This document shows positions 1 through 17,371 of a stretch of DNA of 64,000 nt, in pieces. The stretch comes from Azolla caroliniana (Eukaryota; Plantae; Polypodiophyta). Position 1 is the stretch's first letter. Each line of letters starts with the position of its first letter. Below the pieces are notes generated by a model. The model was not told where the DNA came from, did not search any database, and saw only the letters and a list, made by a program, of their open reading frames with translations. The position numbers were made by a program, and so were the translations under genes. The DNA lies in contig JBHGNT010000002.1 of assembly GCA_043228905.1 (NCBI GenBank), positions 8,308,001-8,372,000 on the forward strand, given 5' to 3'.

Positions 1-9
1 TTATTGCAG

Positions 10-4091
<4,082 letters not shown>

Positions 4092-5449
4092 ACCATGTAA
4101 TATTAGTGATCTCTCCTTGTAGTAATAGATTTTTAACTTACATTAAAATTACTAGCTTTATAAGGTCTATACTACTTATTAGTATATACCTTTGATTTTT
4201 GTTTTTCCTACCAAGAAGATAAAAACGAGATGTTAAAAAATGTTAAATACTCGGGAAGGATAAAGTCAGGGACAATTTAATGGGCAAACTGATTGTTGTC
4301 TCCCCCACTTCCTCGATCTTGTTCAAACGTGCATGTATTCGAGAGACCCTTCATGATCCTGACATTATTACGGTTTTCAAATTTGATTGGAACAAGGTGT
4401 GGTGTACACAGTAAATATTTGACCTTGTTATTTAATTCAGAAGTTGTTTCCTAGTTTAAAGTGAGATATGCACAATTAGTTATTTCTAGAAAAAATGAGG
4501 ATTGCCAATTCTTTCCAAGAAAATGGCTTCAATTGCATCTCGGCAACAACGAGCTCTCTAACAACATTTTCATGTTTATTTGTATAATCTGATAAAATAT
4601 CAAACCAACAATTACATTTCCTTTGCAAAAAGTACCCTTCTCCGTGTCCTTCAATTTTATTCAAAACATAGTTCTGCAAGTATTTAGTCTGAAGTTTCCG
4701 AACATAAATACTCTTTGCAAAATTTGATGCAGGAATATCATAGTACTCAGAGAAAATAATTATCATACTGTAAATTGGATGATTGTTGTAAACGATGTGT
4801 TCCATATTGATTCTATGATTGTTTAAAGATTTCAAGATGATACAGAACACCGTAGCTATTGTAAGTTTTTGGAAAACTGAAGTTTTGACAACAAATACAG
4901 TCGTGATGATTTGAGCGGTTCTTCGCCAGAGCCTCAGCTATAGATTTCATCAAAGGAATCTGGCAAGACAAATTCAATCATGATAAATTCTAGCACTCAT
5001 TTTAAACTGCGAGCTAGTATTCATTCTTTTGGGGGGAGTGGGGCTTGTTGGTTTTGCAGTGTTGGAGAATGTTCTTAAAATTTTGGTCAGTATGAATATG
5101 CTATATTTGAGAAGCGAGAGATAATGTTTCCAAATATAGACCCAAGACTATCAAATTTCATGCCAAAATTGGAGTCCTAATAAGCTTTTTGGTCTTGTTT
5201 TGGATACCATTGATTTGCATTTTCTTGTACAAAATGCTTCTCACAAAATGATTTCCATAGAAGAAACCGATTCTTCTAGAGAACAGAAGGAAAAACCTTC
5301 CCCTAACCCTAATCCGATTCAACTCTATGTCGTTGCTTATACCCTTAAAAAGCATGAAACTCTTCATGCCAAGTTGCCCTGAAAGCTTTATTTTGAGTTG
5401 AAATAACTTATTTCTCTCAAGTGATAAATACAGCTCACAGTTACTAGCC

Positions 5450-8400
5450 ATGGATCCTCCATCATCATATCAGCACAATCTCTCTCTTATTGAGAGTGCA
5501 TCAAAGTCTGGAGAGGATTTCTGGCTACGTAGACAAGAGTCAAAAGAAGAAACAGAGGAAGAGATAGAGAAGAAATATGCAGCATATTTAAGGAAAGATG
5601 CATATGGAGCTATGGGGAGAGGAGAGATTTGTATGAAAGAGAAAATCCTTCTCGGGCTTGCTCTATTCACCATCGTTCCTCTCAAAGTGGTTCTACTCTT
5701 TGCAACTGTTATACCATATTACCTTTTATGCATTCTGTTAACACTATTCCATAGCCATAAATCTACATCAAGGCATGGTGTCACTACTAAGTACAGGTGG
5801 TGTTGTCACCATAATGGTGTCTTTGGTCATAGAGATGGTGGTGGAATGACCCATAATATATCTTTTGAGAAAGAAAATAAGGAAAACATTCTACAGAATT
5901 ATACTGATGATGCTGATGCAAATGGAACGTATGTGAATTTGCATGGATTTTGTCGGTGGCTGGTTGTAACTATGGGGCGTTATGTGTCACGAGTAGTGCT
6001 TTTCATTTTAGGGTTTTATCGGATCAAAGTTATATTCCGTGGTGGCGTTTCTAGAACATCTGAGGTATTTTGATAACAAAATGAAAACGCTTAACACGAA
6101 TTCTTTATGCATTGTAAGTTGTGTTCATAAAGACTGGTTTTTATCTGTTGTTTAGGACGTGATCAATTATCTATAGAGATGTTGAAGAAATTCGAAACAA
6201 AATTGTGAAGATCTTCTTTTGCTTCTTCATTTAGGTCTTGATAAAATCCAGAATCGGATGATGAAAGAAATCATACATTGAGAGTTATATGCTTCCTTAT
6301 TTGTGTAATCAATTCAGTAAAAACACAAGTCTTTATGCGTTCAAAGTGTTCATAATACGGTTTATTTTGTCTTGTTTAGGTTTTATAAGTTCAGTATTGA
6401 GATGGATGAGTCTGAATATGATGGAAGAAACCCAAGCCTTTATGCATGGAGAGTGGTCATAATATGGTTCCTCGTCTTTATGCATTCTAAGTGATAGTAT
6501 GAAGATCCTTTTTCTCTTATTTAGACTTGAACAATTCGGTAAAAAAAACCTAATCTTTATGCCTTTATGCATTGAGAGTGGTCATAATATGGTTCCTCAG
6601 TAAACATCAAGGTCTTTATGCATTCTATAGTATGAAGATCCTTTTTCTCTTATTTAGACTTGAACAATTCGGTAAAAAAAACCTAATCTTTATGCATTGG
6701 AAGTACTTTTTCGTCTCCCATATTCAAAAACCATCCATCTCTTTACTGAATTTTTTCCCTCACAGTCAAAACCAGTAAATCTTCTTATTGAATTGATCAA
6801 GGTAGGATGACTTCGAATATCAGGAGTCTCAACAGATCACTAAAAGAGATGAAAAACAACAAATTGATCAATAGACAGATTGATTGAATTTTGAATGTAG
6901 GAAAAACGAGTTCCCAGTGAAATGAACCTGCGACCACTTGTTATAGTCTCGAATCATGTATCTTACGTGGATATTCTTTACCACATGTGGGTTTCATTCC
7001 CGGGTTTCGTTGCTAAGGTAAGTAAAGCACCTTAAAAAATAGATTAAGTTTCCATGTTTGTTGATTATCTCAGCACTCTTTACTTATTCCATTATTATGC
7101 TGATATGGAATTCTGATTTCTTTTCTATTGATTACTGGCTTTGGTGCTATTGATGATATAAAGAAATCTGTTGCTCATCTACCCATTGTGGGTTTAATCA
7201 GGTTGGTTTACCTAATCCATCCATCCCCTTCTTGCGGAAAAATGTAGCGGGAAATTTGTTTCTTATGTACAAGTTTATTCTTTTTTCAGTCAATTGTTAG
7301 GATGTGTGTATGTGGAACGGGAAGACAAATTGGTCGATGTCAAAGGTGTATCGGGTATGTATGGAATTCAAAGTTTTAAGATGCATTGAATTTTTGTTGA
7401 AAATGAATTTTAAGTGATTGCTTGCTTATAAAACCCTCATAAACAATAGATTTGACAAAATTTGTGACATGCATACCATTGATTGATTTAACCAAGATTT
7501 AGCCATCCTACAAAAGGAGAGAACATTTCGTAATGCATGGGCTAGTTATGTTTGGGATATGCAAATGTTAACTCTTATGGTGTTTCTTTGGACATGCTTA
7601 GCTTTTGATGGTATGTCCTCCAGGTATTATTCTTGAGAGAGTGCAGACAGGACAATGCGACAAGAATGCATCACCGATGCTTCTTTTTCCAGGTAATCTA
7701 AATTAGGTATATATATCATCGAAATTTCTTGTGCACGATGCAAAACCTGATCTTTTCTCATGATGGATAGATTTCTCATGAATTGTCTGTTTTTTTTTTG
7801 GTTTTTGTTGCTTGTGACTGATAAGTTTTATGCATCATTAATATAATTTTTGCTTTTGATGGATGAAATTTTGCAATATCATGATTTTCTTTCGATTATG
7901 ATGTGTGCAGAAGGAACGACCACGAATGGTAGCTATTTGCTACCATTCAAAACTGGAGCATTTCTTGCTCGAATACCAGTGCAACCGATCATTCTAAAGT
8001 ATCGTTACAGACGGTTGAGTCCAGCCTGGGACACCATATCAGGAGTAAGTATTTTTTTTCTTTTGCTATTATATATCTGCATATCTTTGTGCATCTATAA
8101 TACATATACATGTGCATGTATGTGTGTGTATTTGTGTATACATGTGTACTTTTGCTATTATATGTCTACATATCTTTGTGCATCTATACATATACATATA
8201 CATGTGCATGCATGTGTATGTGTATTTGTGTGTACATGTGTATGTGTTGGGCGTACTCGGGCATACATGTCCATTGATGTGTACATGCATCTAGACAAAC
8301 ACATATAGCTACTTTCACATAGATTTAATCATTATCACAAATAGGAAATTCATAGTTCAATTGAAGTTTTGGCAGGTTCGGCATGTTATTTTGCTCCTTT

Positions 8401-9007
8401 GTCAATTCATTAACCATTTGGAGGTTGAGTGGCTTCCTTTATATATTCCGTCGGAAGCAGAGAAACGTGATGCAAAGTTGTATGCTAATAATGTTCGGAG
8501 GTTCATGGCCAAAGAGGTGTTTTTTTTTTTCTTGCATACATTTACAAGCTTAATGCAAGTTGTATGCTCATAATTTTCAGAAGTTCACTGTGAAAGACAT
8601 GAAATTTGTTTTTGTGCATACCTTTTAAGTTTCTCGCCACATATCACACTCATTTTGTTTGATGCTTTTGTTCTGCCCCTTTTTATAGAAGAAGTGGGAA
8701 TGCCTAAAAAATCTTGAGAGCCAATCAATCTAATGTTTGATATCCATGTGGCTTAACAGGCAGGATTGGTTTTGTCTGACATAGGACTACATGAGAAAAG
8801 GATCTATCATACATTTTTGAATGGTAGCTTCCTTAACATTGAGAACATTTACAATTGTTTAAGAAAATATAATTTAGCTTCCAAAACATTAAGAAGATTT
8901 GTAATTTTGTTTAAGAATATATATATATGTTTTTTTTTATGCTAGATATGAAGACTTCCGGAGTTGGCTTTGGACAAAACGGTGTGAAAGCATGCAAATC
9001 TATGTAA
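5450..9007 (+). CDS. LPEAT1: Lysophospholipid acyltransferase, LPEAT1-like; exons 5450-6064, 6901-7017, 7164-7201, 7290-7354, 7624-7692, 7911-8044, 8376-8516, 8760-8823, 8946-9007(stop)
   Basis: The spliced frame contains IEKKYAAYLRKDAYGAMG, a TM segment, the PlsC motif NHVSYVD, FVAKKSVAHLPIVGLIS, LLFPEGTTTNG, FKTGAF, SPAWDTISG and LYANNVR. All junctions are GT-AG and phases are consistent. The last exon is the least certain. Confidence 0.88.
6436..6700 (+). repeat. Intronic tandem duplication, 2 x ~125-135 bp
   Basis: gcctttatgcat-gagagtggtcataatatggttcctc...ggtaaaaaaaacctaatctttatgc repeats at 6436 and 6561. Confidence 0.85.
8068..8306. repeat. Compound (TA/TG/CA)n low-complexity microsatellite in an intron
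   Basis: Alternating purine-pyrimidine runs such as tacatatacatgtgcatgtatgtgtgtg. Confidence 0.85.
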
Positions 9008-9231
9008 AACGGTTCAAGAAAAATCATGTATAAAAAAAAAGCTCTCCTCTTTACGGATGCTAGCTGGTTCCGAGTTTCTATGCATCTTTCAAAAAACGGG
9101 TTTGTATAAGAGATGTGAGTTGTTTAACACATGTTCACAAAGCAAATTGTATATATACAGACTTCTGAAACTTTTAACACATTTTCATAAAAGAATTGTA
9201 TATAAGAGTTTTGAATCTAATACAATGTGCT

Positions 9232-9437
9232 AAAAAGTGAAACGAAAAACAATGATTTGAGTTGATGTTTAAGTAAAGAGTGGTTAATGGGGTTTTTTAT
9301 ATTATATAGCCCTATATTTCTTCTCATGTTGAATAAAAAGTGAAATGAAAAACAATGATTTGAGTTTATGTTAAGTAAAAAATGGTTAATGAGGTTTTTT
9401 ATATTATATATAGCCCTATATGTCTTATGTTGAATCA
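9232..9437 (+). repeat. Tandem duplication, 2 x ~102 bp, downstream of LPEAT1
   Basis: aaaaagtgaaa-gaaaaacaatgatttgagtt...tatagccctata...atgttgaat occurs twice. Confidence 0.85.
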
Positions 9438-10973
9438 CGGTAAGGATTGCAGAGGTGTTCTTAGGGATCTCGTGGGTGTCTATTTAATGTATTATTGATT
9501 CTTTCTTTCGTAAATTCTTCAATGGTTGGGCAAGTAGTTGTATGTTTGATTGGTGCAATCATACATTGGCTTGCATACATGATCGATATTATTGAAAATA
9601 AAGAAATAAATAAGTGACAAGATCCCTAAACCCCAATGACATGCTATACTACTACGTATGATCTAGAGATGTACCTTGGATTAGATTAGATGTAGATGAA
9701 CGATAGTGTGTAACATCAACTTTGCCAAACCACCAAAGTCTCATAGTTTCACAGGGAACTCATAAAAGAAGGTAGCTAGTCCCATATTATAATAATATCT
9801 TAAGCCAAAGGCCCCTTGATTGCCACAGAGGTTCCTATGTATTGTTGACCATACTACGGTTCCTCAAATCCTAGGATAATTATCTTTCCTCTATTTATAT
9901 ATTAATGAAAAATAGGCATCCGATCCGAACCTAAAGCTATGTCCATAACATTGCGAGTATGGATTGTAGGCCAAGCTTGAAAAGTGTCGTCGGCATTGAA
10001 CCTCATCAATTTATATTGGGATTCTATTTTTGTTAGGTGATCTCATGGGCCTAAAACAAGGGGTTTTATAAGAACAATCCTAGGGAGCCTAAGAATATGG
10101 ATGTCCCAAGACTTAAGTCTCAAACAAGGAAGAAGGTATTGTTTGAAGAGAAATTCTATTGAACTTTTGACAAAAAATGGCTTCATGATTGATTAATGAC
10201 AATGAGTCAAAAATAGTTTGGTTTTAGACCTAATGCATCCTTAAATTAAATTTACAATGGTGTATTTCTACCTTCAAGTAGGTCTATATGTATATGGTAT
10301 AATCTTGGAAAGTGCATTGGAATTTGGTGTCACCCCTCTTATCTTGAATTTGATTGTATGATGCCTCATGGAACCAAAATCCAATCTAAACATTACTATT
10401 TTGTTATAAGCTTCCCTCATTTACATGTCTTCATTCAAATTCAAAGCCACATCTGCCAAGGTTTGAAATCGCATAAATCACGAGAGACATGTTGTTCAAA
10501 ATTTAGGTTGCAACTTCCCAGATTCAATAAAATGAGAGGACATTATTCATACTCATGACCAATAACCACCTGGGTTACATCATAAACATGGGTTCACATT
10601 GTAATAATCAAGATGCTACACAAAAAAACAGAGTGCAGACATGCGTGATACACATGCATAGATTGATATAAACATATTTACATGTATAATTATCCATTGT
10701 AGGTTGGGGTTGGACATTCTTGCATTTGGCTTGGGTTATAATGTTATATAGGCCACAAAGAAACATCACAAGTTTGGACCATGGAAACCCCAAGGTTATG
10801 GTTTAGTTTGAAAGGTAAAAGGTATGAATGTTAAGTGGGAGCAACATGGATCAGATTATATATGTAATTACAGAGTTATGGCTGGATAGGAGATGAATTG
10901 ATTGTACAAAGTCCCAAGCATAAGTTGTTAGAAGCACAAATCATGACACAAATACAGAGGTTTAATAACTGTT

Positions 10974-11159
10974 TTATACAGTTGTATCGGCGGCAGCCAC
11001 GCCACCATCATGAACTTCGCCATTGGCACCACCATTACAGCAACACAAGTTATAAAGCAGAGAGAAGATGCCTTCAACAAAGAACCTAAGCAAACAGTAG
11101 AGGATACTAGTCCCTATGAAGATCAAAATTGAAATCAACACTTTGAGAAAAGTTTCCAT
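10974..11159 (-). CDS. Candidate 61-aa single-exon membrane microprotein (hydrophobic N-half, CCC motif, G/A-rich tail)
   Basis: ATG in good context (aagATGG). It has a long hydrophobic segment, LCCCNGG, and a GC-richer coding-like tail within AT-rich, non-TE DNA. No family recognised. Confidence 0.4.
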   Translation of the reverse strand: METFLKVLISILIFIGTSILYCLLRFFVEGIFSLLYNLCCCNGGANGEVHDGGVAAADTTV

Positions 11160-11299
11160 CTTCTACATACAATGAATTGAACTGAGATCCTTTCTTTCCT
11201 TCCCCAGTGCTTCATAAATTCAAGCCATTAAAGTATTATCCTAAGACATGGCCCCCACCGTCCCGTGTTTGGCGACTATGATTTTCTATGAGTTCTCGT

Positions 11300-11423
11300 G
11301 GATTGCTCTCGAACTCATGTTTTTGACTTCTCGATTGCTCTCTATCTCATGCTTTGACCTTCTCGTTTGCTCTCGATCTCAGGTTTTGACTTCTCGGTTG
11401 CGCTCGATCTCATGTTTTGACTT
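11300..11423. repeat. Minisatellite, ~4 x 31-32 bp
   Basis: Unit approximately ttgctctcgatctcatgttttgacttctcg. Confidence 0.75.
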
Positions 11424-12233
11424 GGCAGCATACACTTTCGATTTTATATTAAATTTGAAACCAGGCAGATCAGATTAAGAGAAAATGTGATTTTACATAA
11501 TTGAAGGAATTTAGAGTATACAGATGGATCGGCACCATGGCGATTTAAAAATGTGCGGGTTTGGTGAAATTCATTAACAAAGCATGAATGCAGACTAGCC
11601 CAATGCAACAACACATTGTTTTATTTGGTATCACTAATATTATAAAGCAACTAGCATACATACAGTATATTATGTATATATAGATTGACTTGACTGACAA
11701 ACATACAGAGAATCTAGGCAGTGTTTGGATATAGATGAATTTTTCTATCATGGTTTTAAATAAAGGCAAAGAGTTCTTGAATTGAAGGATTCTGATTTTA
11801 CTCTCCAAATTGATTCAGTGAGAATATTCTATCCTTCTCGATTTCCTCTCTTACATTGTCCTCCTCAAAATGCTACTCTTTTCTCTCCTCTTACTCACCC
11901 TATGCCCCATCTTAGCAAAGGCAATAAAAATGCATTGATTCCCTAATTCTTCATTACTATCTCAGATGAAGTAAAGTGCTTTCTTTCTCATGGGAGGGTG
12001 TTATCATCCAAGGAGAGACACTATCAACGAGTTTTGCCCGCCTAGCAGAGTGATCTAAATGACACAATTGTAAAATTAGTTAGACTTTATGACTACTTTA
12101 ATAGGAAAAGGGTCCCTAGCTCTCACATTGCCCAACAATGAGGCCATTAAGATGAAACATGGGGGATAACAACTTGCCATCTAAACCTATTTACGTGCAA
12201 CAATGACTTTAGAGAGGGATAATTGTTATACTA

Positions 12234-13550
12234 TGTAATATAGAAGAAGAATTCCTACATGGCAAAACCTAAAAACAGAACACAGTCGGCTCAGCCGGAC
12301 AACAACAGAGAAAACACACAGAGAGTATAAAGAAAGATACACAGTAAGAGAAGGCGAGATAGAGAAAGTAGAAGACTAAAAACCTCAATTCAAAAAACTA
12401 ATATGCTCTCTCTCTACATATGACTGTGCTCATTGAGCAATTTTATACAAGCCCTAACAAAGGGTTAACACAAGTTTTGTCAGTGCTTTAATGCTCACAT
12501 AAAAACGCTACTCCTAAGACTATTCCTACCTACTAAAGTAGGAGTGTAGGCTTCTAATGGCCTGCCAGATCCCAACCGATCCAGTTCTCGGCTTATTCAG
12601 TCCGCACAATTTGGCATGTTGAGCTTGTTTCTCAACACCCACCCTCAAGCTCAACTTGAGGTTCCTCTTGCTTTGCCGGTTCTTCGCCTCGGCTCCTTTT
12701 GCCAGCTCATCTCTTGGCATGTGCTCCTGGACCCATCTGGTCCCACGCTCTTCGACTTCTTCGGTCGGCTCGTCTACTCCTTAGGCCTACGTTGGCCTTC
12801 TTCTCTCCATTTCCATTACCTGAACCGGTTGTCTTCAATTCGTCTTCTTCTCCGACTCTCCTCTTCTCTTTGGTTGGTTCTTGTTCTGACTCAACATCAC
12901 AACCGTTGCTCCTCGATGCTGTTCTCCCCCTGAAGCGCGACATGTCGAGGTGTTGAATCCCAAGCATATCTGAGAAGTGTTGCAACTTGTCCATTCCAAG
13001 GGCCTTGGTGAAAATATCGACAACCTGCAGATCGGTTCGAACATACCGTATTTCAACCTCACTACTCAGGACCTGCTCGCGCCCAAAGTGATAGTATACT
13101 TCTATGTGCTTGGTGTGAGCATGGAACACATGGTTCTTTGCCAACTGCATGCTAATGATGTTGTCACAATAGATCAAGATCGGATCGACAACTTCGACCC
13201 GTAAGTCCCGCAACAATCACTTGAGCCATATTGCCTCGCATGTAGCAACGATGGCTCCTCGGTACTCAGTCTCGATGCTTGACAGGGCCACTATCTGCTG
13301 CTTCCTACTGCTCCACGATAGAGAGAACATGAACCCTGATGTCGACCGACGATTCGTGGCGTCTCCAGCCTAGTCGACCAATTGTTCGGCAATGCCATGC
13401 CGATACAACAGTCCATGACCTTCGTGACACTTGCATATCGCAATATTCGATGCACACACTGAAGATGCTCCGTTGACGGTTGCGACATGAATTGGGTGAT
13501 CAGTCTGACGGGATAGCTGAGGTCCGTTCGAGTGATAGTCAAGTATATTA
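12234..13550 (-). mobile_element. Ty1/copia 3' fragment (family A: end of RT, RNase H, PPT, 3' LTR ~12234-12637)
   Basis: Minus-strand ORFs carry LIYLTITRTDLSY and IYCDNIISMQLAKNHVFHAHTKHIEV. The PPT is at 12638-12647 and the LTR starts TGTTGAG at 12637. The outer LTR edge is uncertain (12224 or 12234). Confidence 0.85.
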
Positions 13551-15180
13551 GGCAGAACAAAACCACATTCCACTCGAGACCACCAAGGAGAAGAGAGGCA
13601 ACATTGGAACTAGTACACATAGATGTGTGCTACATGGATGCTCCATCGCATCGTGGTGGATAATACTTCGTAACGTTCATTGATGACTACAATCGAAAGT
13701 TGTGGGCTTTCATACTAAAGTCGAAGGATCAAGTACTGTCAGTATTCAAAGAGTTCCAGGCAATGGCAGAAAGGGAGTCGGGTTGGAAGTTGAAGGCTGT
13801 TCGAATGACAACGGTGGCGAGTACAGAGGACAGTTTGAAGAATACTACAAGGCCTAGGGTATTCGAGTCAAATATACAGTGCCAAAGACCCATGAGTTGA
13901 ACGGGCTTGCAGAGAGGATGAATCAGACGATCATGGAAAGAGTGAGGAGCATGTTGTCGCATGCAAAGCTGCCGAAATCATATTGGGCTGAGGTGATGTA
14001 CACAACTATTTATCCGATGAACATGTCTCCCTCAATGCCCCTGAAAGGTGATGTCCCACAGAGAGTGTGGATAGGTAAAAATGTCTCTTATCAACACCTG
14101 AGAGTGTTCGGATATCTGGTATATATGCATGTAGCTAAGGACCAAAGGTCGAAGCTCGACAACAAGTCGAAACCATGCATATTCCTAGGGTACTTGGAGG
14201 ATGAATTCGGCTACAAGCTGTGGGACCTTCTTGATAAGAAGATTATGAGGAGTCGAGACATAGTGTTTATGGAAGACAAGACAATCGAAGACCGGAAACA
14301 ACAGCAGTCGGGGTTGTCTTCTCGGCTGACTCTAAATGCAAGATTAGCCGACATGACACAATCGACTATAAGAAGAGAGCCAATTGGAACAACTGAATCC
14401 GAGATAGTCGACTCAGAGCAACTGAATGATACATATGAGTTAGAGTTAGCAGAACTCCAGCAACCGACCAACATGCATGAACCCAGGCCAAATGAAGAGT
14501 CGGCAGAGACATCTGAATCTGAGCTGAAAATGGGAGGCAGGAGATATCCACTTAAAGAAAGGAGTACACCCATTCGATATGCCAGTCAATATGTCCTCTT
14601 GACGGATGAAGTTGAGCCGGAATGCTATGATGAAGCCATAGCCGATGAGCACAAAGAGAAATGGCTGAGTGCAATGCAAGGTTAAATGGACTCCTTGCAT
14701 GAAAATTACACCTTCGACCTGGTTGAGCTACCAAAAGGTAAGAGAGCACTCAGGAATAAATAGTTCTACAAGGTGAAGACTAGAGAAGTCGACAATCACC
14801 AAGATATAAAGCCGACATTGTGGTGAAGGGATTTCAACAGAAAAAGGGTGTCAACTTTGACGAGATATTCGCTCTAGTTGTGAAGATGACATCCATCCGA
14901 ACTGTTTTGAGCATAATTGCCAGCATGGATCTGGAGATTGAACAATTAGATGTCAAGACAACATTCCTGCATGGAGAATTAGATGAAGAAATTTATATGC
15001 AGCAGCCCGAAGGCTTTGTAGAGAAAGGAAAAGAGAACCTGGTCTGTCGATTGCAGAAAAGCTTGTATGGTTTGAAACAAGCTCCACACCAATGGGACAA
15101 GAAGTTTGAATCCTTCATGTTGGAACATGGGTTCCATAAAACACAAGCTGATCACTGTATGTTTGTAAAAAGGTATGACT
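13550..15180 (+). mobile_element. Ty1/copia fragment (family B, Tnt1/Tork-like): integrase to mid-RT, pseudogenised
   Basis: LELVHIDVC, FVTFIDDY, LNGLAERMNQTIMERVRSML, QLDVKTTFLHG, KSLYGLKQAP. Contains stops and frameshifts. Confidence 0.9.
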
Positions 15181-15699
15181 TAGCCTCAATACGGCAAAAT
15201 GCGCGTTTGGCGTTACAAGTGACGCACTTCTTGGGCACATAGTAAGTAGCGAAGGCATTGCAATCGACCTGGGAAAAATCAAGGAAATTATCGAAGCACT
15301 GGCCCAAAAAAATGCCAAGGCCCTAAGTCGCTTCTTCAGATAGATCTGATGGCATAGTCGGATGACACCTCTACACGTAGCAGTACATTGGATGCCATTC
15401 CAGTGGATGGAGACGGAGGATAAGGTATATAGGGCCCGAAAGGTCATGCCAACACAAGCACCAGATGCCCATTTGTAGGATTGGACGCGACTGTTCCATG
15501 TGTTTGTCGATGCATCAAACACCGCAATCGACAAAGCTCTCATGCAACTGACCGAGCCGAACTGGTATCGGCTAGTCTACTATTCGAACCGAAAACTTTT
15601 GAGTGCAGAATGGAATTATTCAACGACCGAACGAGAAGCCTTGGGTATGATCTATAGTATCAACAAATTTTGACACTACCTATTGGGCTAGAAGTTGAT
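15180..15699 (+). mobile_element. Ty3/gypsy RT-end/RNase H fragment
   Basis: Broken reading FLGHIVSSEGIAID...FHVFVDASN...NYSTTEREALGMIYSINKF. Confidence 0.75.
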
Positions 15700-16184
15700 T
15701 GTCATGAAGGATTCCAACCACCGAGAGAAAGAGGGGTTGGAAGCGGTTGAACGGAGATCTCGGACACGAGGAAGATGATAGGTTTGTGAGTGTGTGAACG
15801 GGGTGTGCACGGATGCACATGAAACCGTTTTGATGTACCAATATGTGTGTATAGTGTTAGTTTAAGTGTTGATGAATACTAGGTAGGGGTGATTCGATAG
15901 GTACTTTTATGACCACACGAGTAGAGGAATAAACGGGATTGATGGGAGGAAACCTAGGAGAGAATGGGGGGTTGAAAGTGACTATCTTAATAGCCTGATG
16001 TAACGATCTCTCCCTCCTTGAGCTATAAAAGGAGGGAGAGATGATTGAGAGAGGAATCTGTTGGGAAACCGGTCCCTCCGGATGGGATCCGGATGAGAAC
16101 CGGATGACCCAAATCAGACGAGTCGAAGGAAGGAATTGGGCCGAATGGATCCGGATGAGATCCCGAGCACTCCTATTCCGCACA
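15700..16184. mobile_element. LTR-like segment (TG...CA), orientation and family uncertain
   Basis: Begins TGTCATG and ends GCACA, with ctataaaagg at ~16023. It directly precedes a tRNA-iMet primer binding site (PBS). No TSD found. Confidence 0.5.
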
Positions 16185-17371
16185 ATCTGGTATCAGAGAA
16201 AAGTTCTAAACTTCAAACAAAGAAAAGGAAGACCCATTTGGCAACATGTTCAAACTCACCGGCTCCAACTACCCAGTGTGGAAGTCGAAGATGAGGGACA
16301 TGTTGGTGGTTAAAGATCTCTGGATGCCGGTACAGTTTGGAGACAAAAGACCAGACAAGATCGATGCCATGACCTGAGAGGTGATGCATTTGAAGAAGAT
16401 GGCTTACATCCGATGCTTCATTGACATGAGCCTATACAACAACTTCAATGAAGAAAGTAAGGTTCATGTGCTCTAGGAGAAAATTAGTACCATGTTGGAG
16501 AGTAAGAATTATGTGAATCGAGTCTCAGTATCCCAGAAGTTAGTGAGACTCTGATACCAAGATTGATCGAGTATGGTGGAGCACATGAATGCCTTCTAGG
16601 GGCTGATAAACCAAACAACCTCGTTGGAAGTACCTCTGGCCGACAAGGTACTTGCGCTGCTGCTGCTCGGGGGTTCCCTCTTAGATAGTTGGGAGACGAT
16701 AGTTGTCACTCTGGCAACGCCAGGCCGGAAGGAGAACACCTTTTCTTAGCAAGGGTAAAATCAAGCTTGTTGGATGAAGAAGCTCTTCTGAAGGACTGGG
16801 AGTCCGGAACCGATCCGAAGGCCTTGGTTACGGAAGACGACCATAACCGGGGAAGAGACTGTTAGGAATATGTCCCTCCAGTGGGAGGAGTCGACTGCTC
16901 AGAAAGAGCCGACTTAGAGAGGGTTGATTGAGATCGAAGACACGACCGACTAATCGGTCCAACCGGATGGTCGATGACCAGGTCGACTAATCGGACCGAC
17001 CCGATAGTTGACGAATAAGTCGGCTGATTAATAAGACTACTACTATTATTATTAGATAATAATAATGGCCAGATTTGTAAATAGCCCATACAGGGTGTAA
17101 GTATAAACACAATTAAGGCAAGTAGTAGATAATGAATGTGAGAACAGTGAGTGAGCCTCTGTGTTGTAGCTAACGATAGAGAAGAGTGAGAACGAGAAGA
17201 GAGACTGAGCGAGCGGCGCCATAGTTGTGTTCTGTAACAACATACGCCAAGAGCCCTGTGCGGCTAATACACTCAGTGTAGAGAGTGTTGTACTCTAATC
17301 TTGTCATTGTATATCCACTGTATAGTGAAGCTCCGTTCTCCATGGTTTTCTTCTGCTTTAGGGTTTCACGT

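Noticed and set aside
4476-5451. Minus-strand ORFs of 124 and 97 aa between the two genes
   Set aside because: Non-ATG or weak starts, AT-rich intergenic composition, no recognisable domain.
6781-6860. Possible extra micro-exon in LPEAT1 intron 1
   Set aside because: Exons 1 and 2 already join in phase and I could not define convincing splice sites. Needs RNA-seq.
7850-8308. 152-aa Cys/His-rich ORF and overlapping ORFs
   Set aside because: Only 7911-8044 is an LPEAT1 exon. The rest is translated microsatellite intron.
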